Shown: one piece after another, positions 46,226-57,546 of the stretch | Numbering within the stretch: position 1 is the stretch's first letter | Layout: each line of letters starts with the position of its first letter | Origin: an uncultured Actinomycetota bacterium | Lineage (GTDB): Bacteria; Actinomycetota; Actinomycetes; JAFAQI01 | NCBI GenBank assembly: GCA_963770565.1 | Contig: CAVYQE010000001.1 | Coordinates: 32,001 to 96,000, forward strand | Length of the DNA: 64,000 nt | Direction: 5' to 3' | Position numbers and translations under genes: made by a program | Notes under the pieces: model-generated | What the model was told of the DNA's origin: nothing | The model's input: only the letters and a program-made list of their open reading frames with translations | The model's database searches: none

Positions 46226-48249
46226 TCAAGTTCTCTTGAACTGCTTATCCAACTCGTCCCGCGTGAAAACCAGCGCCGTCGGGCGGCCGTGGGGGCAGTG
46301 GTGGCTGTCTTGGGCCAGGTGGCGCTGCTCGACCAGGGCGGCGACCTCCTCGGGGGTGAGCGGGTCGCCCGCCTTGATCGCCGCTTTGCAGGCGATCATG
46401 TGCAGCAGGTCGTCGAGCACTTCGCGGCGGTCGGGCGTTTTGCCTCCTTCGAGCAATTGCGCGGCCAGTCCGCGGAGCAGTTCCGCCGGGCGCAGCTTGG
46501 CGAGCATGGCCGGGTAGCCGAGCACCAGCAGGGTGCCGCCGCCGAACGGCTCGATCTCGAGGCCCAGCCGGGCCAACAATTCCTTCTCGGCCAGTGCCGC
46601 GGCCTCTCGGCGGGATTCAAATCGACCGGCTCGGGAACCAACAGGCGCTGCGTTTCGAGCGCCCCCGAGAGCACCTTCTCGCGAATCTCCTCATACAACA
46701 CGCGCTCGTGCAGGGCGTGCTGATCGATCACCACGACCCCCTCGTCGGTCTCGGCGACGAGATAGCGATCGTGGACCTGAATGGCCGCCGATCGTGCCCG
46801 AAACGCCGTCGGCGGCCGCCGGCTCTCCGCGGAGCCGCCGCCGAACTGCGATGCGCCGAAATGCGGACCATCGAAATGCGGACTGCGCACTGCGGAACTG
46901 TCGGCCGCGGCCGGATCCGGACGATACGCCGCGCTCCCGCCGCCGAGCTGGCCGCGATCGAGCGGCACGAGTTCCAGGGGCCGATGGGGCGTGGTGAAAA
47001 ACCCGGCCGCGGCGCCGAATGGCGGCGGGATGGCAATCTGGGCGCCTGGCGGCGCGGCGGTCTCGGCGCCTGGTGGCGCGGCGATCTCGGCGCCTGGCGG
47101 CGTGGCGGCGTGCGTGGCTTGAATCGCTTGATCGAGCTGCCCTTTCGCCCAGGCGACCAATTCCCCTTGCAGCCGTGCGGCATGGCTCGGATCGTGGGCT
47201 TGTGTGGGATCCTGCACGGCGATCGACGACGAGGGGGCGGGCTGCAGCCGCGCGGTCAAGTCGGTCGTCAAGAATCGGGTCCGGAGCGTGCCGAGCAGTT
47301 GGCTATAGACGCGGCCGCCGTCTTGGAACCGGACTTCGAGCTTCGTCGGATGGACGTTGACGTCGATCTCCTCGGGAGGCATTTCGATTTCGAGAAAGGC
47401 GATCGGATAGCGCCCGGTGAGCAACAGCCCGCGATACGCCTCGCCCAGGGCATGTTGCAACGAACGATCGCGGATGGCGCGGCCGTTCAAGAACAGGAAC
47501 TGCATCTTTTGATTCGCCCGGCTGTGGCTCGGATTGGCGACGTATCCCGAGAGCTGGAGCGCCCCGTCGCGGCTCTCGACGCGAATCAACTGGCCGGCCA
47601 GCTCCGCGCCGAAGAACGCGGCGATGCGGGCGCTCCAGTCGTCGGTGGGGGGCAGATCGTGCAACAGCTTGTCCTGATGGCGGAGGGTGAAATGCCGCCG
47701 GGGATAGGCCAGCGCCAGCCGGGTGAAGGCTTCGGTCGCATGGCCCAGCTCGGTCGGCGTCGCACGCAGGAATTTGCGGCGCACCGGCGTATTGAAGAAG
47801 AGATGGTGGACTTCGATGAGCGTTCCCGGCGGCGCGCCGCAGGGGGCGACGGGGCCGCGTTGGCCGCCGCTGATTTCGAGTTCCGCTCCGGCGGGGGCCT
47901 CGGGGGTGCGGCTGCGGATCACGGTCCGGCTGACTTCGGCGATCGAGGCCAGCGCCTCGCCGCGAAAGCCGAGCGTGCCGACGCGAAACAGATCGTCGGC
48001 CTCGCGAATCTTGCTCGTGGCATGGGGGGCGACGGCCAAGATCAACTGATCCGCCGCGATGCCGCAGCCGTTGTCCACGACGCGGACGAGTTCCGCCCCC
48101 CCTTGGGCCAGCGCCACATCGATCCGCTGCGCCCCGGCGTCGATGGCGTTTTCCATCAATTCCTTGACGACGCTTCCGGGCCGCTCGATCACCTCGCCCG
48201 CGGCAATCTTGTTGACGACGCTCGGAGAGAGTTGCCGGATGTCGGACAT
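46226..48249 (-). CDS. mutL: DNA mismatch repair protein MutL (frameshift near 46605)
   Basis: KIAAGEVIERP.SVVKELMENAIDAGA, GFRGEALASI, DVNVHPTK, DQHALHER, ACKAAIK, CPHGRP. Confidence 0.95.
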
Positions 48250-48252
48250 GGC

Positions 48253-49659
48253 TTAGAGTCCATACTCCTTGATTTTCCGATACAGCGTCCGCTCGCCGAT
48301 GCCGAGCAATTCGGCGGCGTGCTCGCGGTTGCCGCCGGCGAAGCGGAGCGTCTCGGCGATGAACAGCTTCTCGATTTCGACCAGCGGCTTGCCGACGAGC
48401 CCCGCCACGCTGCCGGGCGACGCCTGCTCGGTCGCGGCCGGCATCGGTCCGGCCAATTCGGCTGGCAGATCGTCGAGATCGAGCACCCCGTCGAAATCGA
48501 CCACCACCATGCTCTCGACGACGTTGCGCAACTGCCGCACATTGCCCGGCCAGGCGAAGCCCAGCAGCTTCAGCCGGGCGGCGGTCGACATGCTCTTGAT
48601 CGTTTTGTGGTGCCGCTTGGCGAATTGGCGGATGAAATGCTCGATCAACAGCGGAATGTCCTCTTTGCGCTCGGCCAACCGCGGGAGGATGATCGTCACC
48701 ACCTTGAGCCGATGATAGAGGTCGCTACGAAACGTGCCCGCGGCAATCGCGTCTTCGAGATTGCGGTTGGTGGCCGACAGAAACCGCACGTTGACCCGCA
48801 CCTGATCGTTCGACCCGACGCGGGTGATTTCGCCGCTTTCGAGCACGCGGAGCAGTTTGATCTGCGTGGCCAGCGGCATGTCGCCCACCTCGTCGAGGAA
48901 CAGGGTTCCCCCGTGGGCATACTCGAATTTACCGACCCGATCGGTCGAGGCGTCGGTGAACGCCCCGCGCACATGGCCGAACAACTCGCTCTCGAGGATG
49001 TTTTCGCTCAGGGCGGCGCAGTTCAGGGCGACGAACGGCTTGTTTTTTCGGGGGCTGTTTTGATGAATCGCCTGGGCGACGAGTTCCTTGCCGGTGCCTG
49101 TCTCGCCTTGGATCAGCACGCTGGCGTCGGTGGGGGCGATCCGCTTGAGCCGATCGATCACGGCGTTCATCTGCGGGCTCGAGCCGATGACCCCCTCGAA
49201 GCCGAATTTCTCGTCGAGCCGACGATGCAGTTCGATATTCGTGCGTCGCAGGCGGACCGCTTCCGAGGCCTTTTCGGCGATGATCCGCAGATGCCCCAGA
49301 TCGAGGGGCTTTTGCAGATAATTGAACGCCCCTTGCTGCATGGCCGCCACCGCCGAGGGGATCGTGCCGTGACCGGTGACGACGATCACCTCCGCGTCGG
49401 GAAGAACTTTTTTGGCGCGGGCCAGGATTTCCAGGCCGTCGATATCGGCCATTTTCAGATCGGTGATGACGATGTTGAACGTCTCGCGTTCGATCATCGC
49501 CGCCCCTTGCGGGCCCGAGCCGGCCACTTCGCACTCGTAGCCGATGCGCTCGAGCCCCTCGGAGACGGTTTCGGCGTGCGATTGGTCGTTGTTGACGATC
49601 AACACGCGAATGTCGGTCGGCTTGGGTCGTTCGATTTCTGCGGCGACGGTCGCTACCAT
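48253..49659 (-). CDS. Sigma-54-dependent NtrC-type response regulator
   Basis: Receiver (ITDLKM), [37 protein letters not shown], Fis-type HTH. Confidence 0.93.
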   Translation of the reverse strand: MVATVAAEIERPKPTDIRVLIVNNDQSHAETVSEGLERIGYECEVAGSGPQGAAMIERETFNIVITDLKMADIDGLEILARAKKVLPDAEVIVVTGHGTIPSAVAAMQQGAFNYLQKPLDLGHLRIIAEKASEAVRLRRTNIELHRRLDEKFGFEGVIGSSPQMNAVIDRLKRIAPTDASVLIQGETGTGKELVAQAIHQNSPRKNKPFVALNCAALSENILESELFGHVRGAFTDASTDRVGKFEYAHGGTLFLDEVGDMPLATQIKLLRVLESGEITRVGSNDQVRVNVRFLSATNRNLEDAIAAGTFRSDLYHRLKVVTIILPRLAERKEDIPLLIEHFIRQFAKRHHKTIKSMSTAARLKLLGFAWPGNVRQLRNVVESMVVVDFDGVLDLDDLPAELAGPMPAATEQASPGSVAGLVGKPLVEIEKLFIAETLRFAGGNREHAAELLGIGERTLYRKIKEYGL

Positions 49660-49777
49660 CCGGCCGATGATACAACATCCGCGGCGAATCGACCAGAACC
49701 GGGTGGACAAAGCGCAGCGCGGGCTCTCCCGGCGCGAGAGGCGAGCAAAATGGGCCCGGGGCGCCGTCCGGAGGCGA

Positions 49778-51059
49778 TCACTTTTGGGCTGTCTGCCCCA
49801 CGACGCCGGCCTCGGTCGCAGCGATGCGGGCTTGGACGTATTGCAGGTCGGACCGGCTCAGGCGATCCATCGGCACCGTCGTGTATTTGCCCGTATCCTT
49901 CAAGATCCGGACCGTGTGCGTCATGATTTTGACGAGCTTTCCGTGAATCCGATATTCGCCTGTATCATCTTGCCACCGGCGCATCGCCGGCTCGGCCAGC
50001 CCGACGAGTTCGGCGGCCGCGCCGAGCGTGCCGGCAGACTTCGTGGCAGCAGGTTTTTTGGCAGCCGGATCGGCGAACGGATCCTGAATCGGCGCATCGA
50101 CTGGCTTGGACTTCGGACTCTTCGGCAGCGGGTTTGGCTGCTGCCGGTTCGAGCGGAGCCAACGCGGCCCGCGGCGGAGCGACCGCTTTGCCCGGCTCGG
50201 CAAATGGATCGGCGTCGGCGGGCTTCTTGGCATCTGCTGGTTTGGAGGTCGCTGGGCTCGTTGCCGCCGGTTCGGCTGCCGGCGCGGCGCTGGCCGGCGC
50301 GGGAGTGATCGGGGCGGGGACGGTCTTCGGCGTATTCGCGGCGGCCTTACCCGGTTGGGCGAACGGATCGGACGAATCGCCAGGATTGGCCTTGGGAAGG
50401 GTCGGCTCGGTGGGCGGAGTTGCGCTCTTCGGCAATGCTGTTGGCGGGGTGCTCTTCGGCGGCGCGGTTGGAGTCGGCTGAGCGAACGGATCGTCGCTGG
50501 GCTTGGTCACCGGTTTGACGGGTTCCTTCGGCAATGCGGGCGTGGGCGTCGTCACGGTCGTTTTGGGGGGAGTCGGCGCCGGCGTCGTCATCGGGAGAGT
50601 CGTCTTCGGCGGTGTCGGCTCGACCGGCGGCTGCTTGGGAAGCGTCGGTTCGACCGGCGCGGTGATCGCTTTGGGCGGGGTGGTCGCTTTCGGCGCGGTG
50701 GTCGCTTTCGGCGGGGCGGTCTCTTTCGGCAAAGTCGGCGTAGTTTCCGGCGGCATGGGAGGCTCGGGCGGCGCCGTCTCGGCCGGCAGCGACGGCTTTT
50801 CGGTCGAAGGGGAGGCCGACGATTTGGGCGGGGTGGGGGGCACGGTAGGAGGCGTTCGAGCGGCCGCCGGTGTCGTGCAGTTTGCCGATGCGCCATTCGC
50901 CGTCGTGCAGTTCTCCGTCGGGGAACATGGCTGACAGCACGTCACTTGTTGGCAACAACAATCCTGTCGCCATCGCAGAAATCGGCAAGCCGATGCCGTA
51001 TCGAGCGACATCGACATGATCAATGTCCACACCAGCACGAATTGTCCCAAACGTCGCAT
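49778..51059 (-). CDS. Secreted Pro/Thr-rich protein with C-terminal SHD1 domain (frameshift)
   Basis: Signal peptide, Cys-rich patch, PT-rich linker with DPF repeats; [11 protein letters not shown]...[14 protein letters not shown]. Confidence 0.75.
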
Positions 51060-51371
51060 GGCAAAGTTCCTCCCAAGTTTGGCACGCCGACGTTCCGCCG
51101 CGCGACGAACAGCCGAGTTCGACCCGCGGCCGGCAACCGGCGCAAAGCACGATGAATCTTATGCTAACTTGGGAAATTGGCGGTTGCAACCGAATTCGGG
51201 GCCGGTTTGCCGCCGGTCCGGAGCGGGTCGTTCGGTTGTGCGGCGCTCGGCGCGGCTGCGTCGTCGGGGTCGTTGCCCGACCGCCATCTTTTCAGCCCGC
51301 TCCCGGTTCGATATGGTGGGGTGATTCGCGGCGAACCATTTCGAAACCCCTTCCGGCGGCATAACCCCACC

Positions 51372-51833
51372 ATGACTCCCGAACAAAAACTGGCCGACTT
51401 GAAATTGGATCTCCCGGCTGTCCCCACACCCCAGGGCATCTATCAACCGCTGGTCATCGTCGGCAATCTGGTCTATGTGTCGGGGCATGGACCGTTGCAA
51501 TCCAACAAGACGCTGATTCAAGGCCGCGTCGGAGCGGATTTGGATCTCGAGGCAGGGCGCAGGGCGGCGCGGCAGGTCGGGCTGGCGATGCTCGCCACCT
51601 TGCGGCAATATCTCGGCAGCCTCGATCGCGTGCGGCGGCTGGTGAAAACGCTCGGGCTGGTGAATTGCACCGCCGATTTTCACCAGCAACCCGCCGTGAT
51701 CAACGGCTTCAGCGAATTGATGGCCGAGATGTTCGGCGCCGAAAACGGCGTGGGGGCCCGCAGCGCCGTCGGCGCCCCCGCACTGCCGGGCAATATGGCC
51801 GTCGAAGTCGAGGCGATCTTCGAGATCGGCTAG
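51372..51833 (+). CDS. RidA/YjgF family protein
   Basis: LVYVSGHGP, INGFSELM..MFG, ARSAVG..LP.NMAVEVE. Confidence 0.9.
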   Translation: MTPEQKLADLKLDLPAVPTPQGIYQPLVIVGNLVYVSGHGPLQSNKTLIQGRVGADLDLEAGRRAARQVGLAMLATLRQYLGSLDRVRRLVKTLGLVNCTADFHQQPAVINGFSELMAEMFGAENGVGARSAVGAPALPGNMAVEVEAIFEIG

Positions 51834-51838
51834 GAAAC

Positions 51839-52004
51839 GTAGCGGTGGCTTCCCACCGCCGTGCAAGGAAGCCGGGTATCGCATTTTGGCAAATTCGCCC
51901 GTAGGACGGCTCGGGAGAGCCGTCCTACGATCGAGATCGAATTTCGCAAGAACATCGGACTCTATTGGCAAAGACCCCCGCGCGGCGGCTGGAAGCCACC
52001 GCTA
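51839..52004. repeat. Nested REP pairs
   Basis: GTAGCGGTGGCTTCC...GGAAGCCACCGCTAC flanks the palindrome GTAGGACGGCTCGGGAGAGCCGTCCTAC (51901-51928). Confidence 0.7.
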
Positions 52005-52048
52005 CGAGAAGCACCCACTGCAGCCACGAGCGGCGCGAGCCGATTTCG

Positions 52049-53235
52049 ATGAACCTCACGACCACCGCTCCCCGTTGCTCCGCGGCGATCTCCCGCGCTC
52101 TCGACTCGCGACAGGCCCTCGACCAAGCGCTCGACGAGGCCTGCGGCCGGCTCGACGCCGCGGGCCATTTGGCGTTTCTGTTTGCATCCGCTCATCATCG
52201 GCCGCAGTTCGAGCACTTCGGGCCGCGGTTGGTCGAGCGACTCGGGTCGGCGGCGATTCTCGGCTGCACGGGGGAATCGATCGTCGGGAACGATCGCGAG
52301 ATCGAAGGCGAGCCGGCCCTGGCGCTGTGGCTGGCGCATTTGCCGGGCACCGACCTGCTGCCGATGCATTTGGAATTCGACCGGACACCCGAAGGAGGCG
52401 CATTCGTCGGATGGCCGAACGATCTGCCGCCCCGATGGCCCGCCGGCGCCGCACTCTTGCTGCTGGGCGACCCGTTCAGTTTTCCGGCCGATGCGCTGCT
52501 CGCACGGATCGACGACGACCATCCGGGAGTGCCCGTTTTGGGCGGAATGGCCAGCAGCGCGGCGCGACCGGGTGAGAATCGGTTGCTGCTCGGGGCGGCG
52601 AGCTACGACCGCGGGGCGGTGGCCGTGCTGGTGAGCGGCGCAACGCGCATTCGCAGCGTCGTCTCGCAAGGTTGTCGCCCGATCGGCCGGCCGTTTGTCA
52701 TCACCAAGGCCGAAGCCAATGTGATTCACGAACTCGGCGGCGCCGGCCCTGGCCCGGCTGCAAGAAACCTACGGCGAGCTGACCCCCGCCGAACAGCAAC
52801 TCGTGCGCAGCGGATTGCACGTCGGCCGCGTGTTCAGCGAGTATCGCGAGCATTTCGGCCGCGGCGATTTTCTGATCCGCAACGTGGTGGGCGCGGATCC
52901 CGCCAGCGGCGCGATCGCCATCGGCGATCACGTGCGGCCGGGGCAGACCGTGCAATTCCACATCCGCGACGCCGCGACGGCCGACGAAGACTTGCGGGCG
53001 CTGCTCTCGGCCGCGGCGGCCGAGACCGCCGCGCCGCCGGCGGGAGCGCTGCTGTTCACCTGCAACGGGCGGGGGACGCGGCTCTTTCCGAGCCCATCAC
53101 GATGCCGAATGCGTCCGCGACTGCCTTGGCTGCATTCCCGTCGCCGGCTTTTTCGCCCAAGGCGAACTCGGTCCGATCGGGGGCAAGAATTTTCTGCACG
53201 GCTTCACCGCCAGTCTGGCCTTGATCGAAGGCTGA
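52049..53235 (+). CDS. FIST-domain protein (frameshifted)
   Basis: [50 protein letters not shown]...HGFTAS. Confidence 0.88.
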
Positions 53236-53360
53236 GGGGGATCGCCCCCGGTCGCCGGTCGTTTGGAACTTCTCGCCGGGTTTGGCCGTCAAAAGGGGCG
53301 GCGGTCGCGCCGCGGCGCGGCCTTGCAATCTCCTTCACCCCAGCGACGGAGGCCGATACC

Positions 53361-54317
53361 ATGCGACTCACCCGCGACATCCCGAAATTGGCGGCCCTGC
53401 TTTCGCTGCTGGCCATCGCATCGGCCGCCGGCCGAAGTGCCGCCCAAGACGCGACGGAAAGCACCGAAAGTTATGTAAAAATTCGTGTCGATGTCGAGCT
53501 GCGCGGCACGCTCCATTGCACCCCGGCGGGAAGCACCGTCACCGCCGTCTGGCGAAACTACGAACTCTATCACGACGATCGGGAACTCCCCGGCCAGGGA
53601 CCGGAAACTTGGAAACTCGATTTCCGCCGAGCCCGCCGATGGGAAGCGATGGCCAAGGCGCTCGATGGAAAGGAAGCGGTCGTCGTCGGCCGGAGCGAAT
53701 TGCGTATGGTCTCGCCGCGATTGCCGCCCGGAGCGGGAGGCGGATTCTCCGGGCAAAACCCGCCGCCGAGCCCGACCTGGAGCGTGCATCACACCATTCT
53801 CGTCTCCGAACTGCGGTTGGCCGACAAGCCCTCGACCGCCCGGCAATCATCCGACAAAGCCAAGGCGATTGTCGATCGTCTGCGGCCGGACTTGGCCACC
53901 TTGGCCCTGTACTTGACCTACGTGCCCGCGGGGCGCGAAGAGCGGCCCAGTCTGGAACTCTATGCGCCGATCATCGTCGTTCATCCGGGCGGCGACCGAT
54001 TTCATATCACCGCCGGGCAATGCCGGAATCTCTTCGATATTCTGGTCGCGGATGGATACTTCGCTCGGGCGACGCCAATGCTGGCGGTGAAAAAAAGCTC
54101 GCCGCCGCAGAAAGGGCCGTTCTACGACTTGAGGATCTCGGTCGGCGGCCAATCGCCCATGTATCATGCCTCGATCGGATGGGACCGGAACACGATCGAG
54201 AGATTGCAGGCCATCCAGGCGCGACTCGACGGCCAGCCGGCCAAGGCGGTCGGCCGCTTGATCGCGGCAGTCTCCAGCGATTTGGCGGAGCATTCAAAGC
54301 CGCTGCGCAACCCGTAA
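53361..54317 (+). CDS. Secreted hypothetical protein
   Basis: GGAGG SD, signal peptide MRLTRDIPKLAALLSLLAIASAAG, open frame to 54317. Confidence 0.65.
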   Translation: MRLTRDIPKLAALLSLLAIASAAGRSAAQDATESTESYVKIRVDVELRGTLHCTPAGSTVTAVWRNYELYHDDRELPGQGPETWKLDFRRARRWEAMAKALDGKEAVVVGRSELRMVSPRLPPGAGGGFSGQNPPPSPTWSVHHTILVSELRLADKPSTARQSSDKAKAIVDRLRPDLATLALYLTYVPAGREERPSLELYAPIIVVHPGGDRFHITAGQCRNLFDILVADGYFARATPMLAVKKSSPPQKGPFYDLRISVGGQSPMYHASIGWDRNTIERLQAIQARLDGQPAKAVGRLIAAVSSDLAEHSKPLRNP

Positions 54318-54392
54318 CGACGTCCTGCCGGCGGCGAACTTGCGTAGACTATGGAAGAGATTTCGGTTTAGGATGGAGCAGCCGTAACAGAA

Positions 54393-55255
54393 CTCCCCTC
54401 GATTAGTGTAGATTAGTGCAGATCAGTGTTCTGTCTCTCTCCTGCGGACCGGGGGGCGGCCGTCATCAAACCGACTTCCGTTCTTCGCTTCATCAAACAC
54501 TTGGTGGAAAGGAACACTTATCTTGGCTAATCGACACCGATCGCGCACGTCGCCCCGCCTCCCCTCGATTAGTGTAGATTAGTGCAGATTAGTGTTCTGT
54601 CTCTTTCCTGCGGATCGGGGGGTGGGCGTCATCAAACCGACTTCCGACCTTTCTTCGCTTCATCAAACACTTGGCGGAAAGGAACACTTATCTTCGCTTA
54701 TCGACACCGATCGCGCACGTCGCCCCGCCTCCCCTCGATTAGTGTAGATTAGTGCAGATTAGTGTTCTGTCTCTCTCCTGCGGACCGGGGGGCGGCCGTC
54801 ATCAAACCGACTTCCGTTCTTCGCTTCATCAAACACTTGGTGGAAAGGAACACTTATCTTCGCTTATCGACACTGATCGCGCACATTGCCCCGCCTCCCC
54901 TCGATTAGTGTAGATTAGTGCAGATTAGTGTTCTGTCTCTCTCCTGCGGACCGGTGGCGGGCGTCATCAAACCGACTTCCGACCTTTCTTCGCTTCATCA
55001 AACACTTGGCGGAAAGGAACTTATCTTCGCTTATCGACACCGATCGCGCACGTCGCCCCGCCTCCCCTCGATTAGTGTAGATTAGTGCAGATTAGTGTTC
55101 TGTCTCTCTCCTGCGGACCGGTGGCGGGCGTCATCAAACCGACTTCCGACCTTTCGTTCTTCGCTTCATCAAACACTTGTTGGAAAGGAACACTTATCTT
55201 TGCTAATCTACACTGATCGCGCACGTTGCCCCGCCTGCCCGCAATAAGTGTAGAT
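54393..55255. repeat. Tandem array of five 166-170-bp units with ATTAGTG/CACTAAT-type hairpin arms
   Basis: Units start at 54393, 54559, 54729, 54895 and 55062 with CTCCCCTCGATTAGTGTAGATTAGTGCAGA; no unique spacers. Confidence 0.93.
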
Positions 55256-55320
55256 CGGATTGCACTTCTGTGGACAAACCAAGCGGTGACTGTCTGGAAG
55301 GTGGGTTTCATTCAACTCTT

Positions 55321-55766
55321 TCATCCGTCGCGTTGCCCTGGCTTGGGCCGGCGCCGTGGCGCCGTGTTTCTCGCTTGGGAATAAACATTATTGACGAGCG
55401 CGTTTCCGATGACGCTTGCAAGCGTGCCGCAACACGCCCAAACAATTGCTCCGACCTCAATGGATCGAAAAACCCGTTGAAGGCTCGCAGCGCCGAATAA
55501 TTCAGTATATACTGCCGCGAGGAACAACCCAACGATTGGCAGAGCGACAAAGAAGACAAAGGAGACAGTCGCGACGGCAATCGAGATCAGCAATATCTTA
55601 CCTGCGGTAAGTGGAGACATCGGGCGGACGGTCGCAGCGCAAACAGCGCAATCGCCGCGGCGAGCAGATATTGGTCGCGGCTTGCGCATTCGAACAGGCC
55701 AAGCGCTTCAACGCTCAGAACGCCCGCCATTCGCCAACGCATTATTGCTGCCGATTCACGCATATC
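55321..55766 (-). CDS. Membrane hypothetical protein between 38-bp direct repeats (probably frameshifted)
   Basis: Hydrophobic helices KILLISIAVATVSFVFFVALPIVGLFLAAV, VGAIVWACCG; start uncertain. Confidence 0.5.
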
Positions 55767-55933
55767 ATGCACTAATGACTGACCACAAGCCAGTCCAGAC
55801 AATCGGTATTGGAGCACGGCGCGGAAGGCGGGGCAAGGTGGTTCCGAGCATCCGGGGGCATGGTCGTGGAGTCGAGCGAGGGACAAACCAAGCGGTGACT
55901 GTCTGGAAAGTGGGTTTCCCAGTTTCGACCTCC

Positions 55934-55961
55934 TGGCAAGATCGCCGCGCGAGTCTATAAT
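55934..55961 (+). promoter_or_regulatory. Putative sigma70 promoter upstream of ribBA
   Basis: Perfect TATAAT at 55956 with weak -35 TGGCAA. Confidence 0.4.
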
Positions 55962-56015
55962 GGTCAACAGCCGGACACGGGTGGCAGGGGCTGGCATCGC
56001 TGCCGAAGCTCTACC

Positions 56016-56245
56016 GTAGCGCGGCTCTCCCGAGCCGTCGGGTAAGACGGCACAGGACCGTAGGACGGCTCTCCCGAGCCGTCGCGCAAGACAGCACAGG
56101 ACCGTAGGACGGCTCTCCCGAGCCGTCGCGCAAGACAGCACAGGACCGTAGGACGGCTCTCCCGAGCCGTCGCGCAAGACAGCACAGGACCGTAGCACGA
56201 CTCTCCCGAGCCGTCGCGCAAGACGGCTCGGGAGAGCCGTCCTAC
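56016..56245. repeat. GTAG-type REP cluster: five tandem copies (44-bp period) plus one inverted
   Basis: Copies at 56016, 56060, 56104, 56148 and 56192; inverted copy at 56222-56245. Confidence 0.9.
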
Positions 56246-56290
56246 GCTTGCTGCATCCGTGCGATTCGGGTAATCCGTGATTGAACCATT

Positions 56291-57508
56291 ATGATAACCC
56301 ATTTTTCGACGATCGACGACGCCGTGGCTGCCATTCGCCGTGGGGCGGTGGTGATCGTGGTCGATGCCGAGGACCGCGAGAATGAAGGCGACTTCATCTG
56401 CGCGGCCGAGAAGGTCGATCCCGAGATCGTCAACTTCATGATCACGCACGGCCGCGGGCAGCTTTGCATGCCCGTGCTGCCCGAGGTTTGCGAGCGGCTC
56501 AAGATTCCCTTGATGGTCGAGTCGAACACCGCCCCGCTGGGGACGAATTTCACGGTCCCCGTCGATCATCGCACGTCGAAAACGGGCATCACCGCGCAAG
56601 AGCGAGCCCGCACGATTCGCGCAATCCTCGATCCGACCAGCAAACCGAGCGATTTCGTTCGTCCGGGACACTTGTTTCCGCTCGTGGCGAAAGAAGGGGG
56701 CGTGCTCCGCCGGGCCGGGCATACCGAAGCGGCCGTCGATCTGGCCCGATTAGCGGAGCTGGCGCCGGCCGGCGTGCTCTGCGAAATCCTCGACGGCGAG
56801 GGGAACCGGGCCAATCGCAAGCTGCTCTTCGAATTGGCCGCTCGGCACGAACTCGAAATCATCTCGATCGAAGAGCTGATTCGCTATCGACGGATGCGCG
56901 AGAAGCTGGTCTATCGGATCGCCGAAGCGAAGCTCCCGACGCGGCACGGCCATTTCAAGCTGATCGCTTACGGCGTGAAATACGAGAGCCAGGAGCCGAT
57001 CGTGTTGGTGCTGGGCGACCCGACAAAGGTCGTTGCCCCGCTGGTGCGGCTGCATTCGTCTTGCTTCACCGGCGACCTGCTCGATTCGCTCCGCTGCGAT
57101 TGCGGCGACCAATTGCACATGGCGCTCGATATGATCGGCCGCGAGGGGAGCGGCGTGCTGGTCTATCTGCCACAAGAGGGGCGCGGCATCGGGCTGATCG
57201 AAAAGATCAAGGCCTATGAATTGCAAGACGGCGGGCTCGACACGGTCGAGGCGAATCTGGCGCTGGGCTTCAAGGCCGACACGCGCGACTATGGCGTCGG
57301 CATTCAATTGCTCAAGGATCTGGGGCTCTCGAAAGTGCGGCTGTTGACGAACAATCCGAAAAAGACCGACGCCTTCATCTATGGCGGCTTCGATCTGGAG
57401 GTGATCGACCAAGTGCCGATCCTGCCGCCCGTCCACGAGCACAACGCCCGCTACATGGCCACCAAGCGCGAGAAGCTCGGCCATCATCTGCCGGAAGATT
57501 CGGTGTAA
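56291..57508 (+). CDS. ribBA: Bifunctional DHBP synthase / GTP cyclohydrolase II
   Basis: DAEDRENEGD, RPGHLFPL, RRAGHTEA, VRLHSSCFTGD...RCDCG, QEGRGIGL, LLTNNP.K. Confidence 0.96.
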   Translation: MITHFSTIDDAVAAIRRGAVVIVVDAEDRENEGDFICAAEKVDPEIVNFMITHGRGQLCMPVLPEVCERLKIPLMVESNTAPLGTNFTVPVDHRTSKTGITAQERARTIRAILDPTSKPSDFVRPGHLFPLVAKEGGVLRRAGHTEAAVDLARLAELAPAGVLCEILDGEGNRANRKLLFELAARHELEIISIEELIRYRRMREKLVYRIAEAKLPTRHGHFKLIAYGVKYESQEPIVLVLGDPTKVVAPLVRLHSSCFTGDLLDSLRCDCGDQLHMALDMIGREGSGVLVYLPQEGRGIGLIEKIKAYELQDGGLDTVEANLALGFKADTRDYGVGIQLLKDLGLSKVRLLTNNPKKTDAFIYGGFDLEVIDQVPILPPVHEHNARYMATKREKLGHHLPEDSV

Positions 57509-57546
57509 TCCGCGGGTTCGGCCCGATCGGGCTCCGGGGGCGGAGC

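Noticed and set aside
46594-49926. 1110-aa plus-strand ORF
   Set aside because: It is the antisense shadow of mutL and the NtrC-type gene in high-GC DNA.
54393-55255. CRISPR array (also considered for 11.0, 24, 30.5 and 56 kb)
   Set aside because: Units repeat along their whole length, there are no unique spacers, and no cas genes are present.
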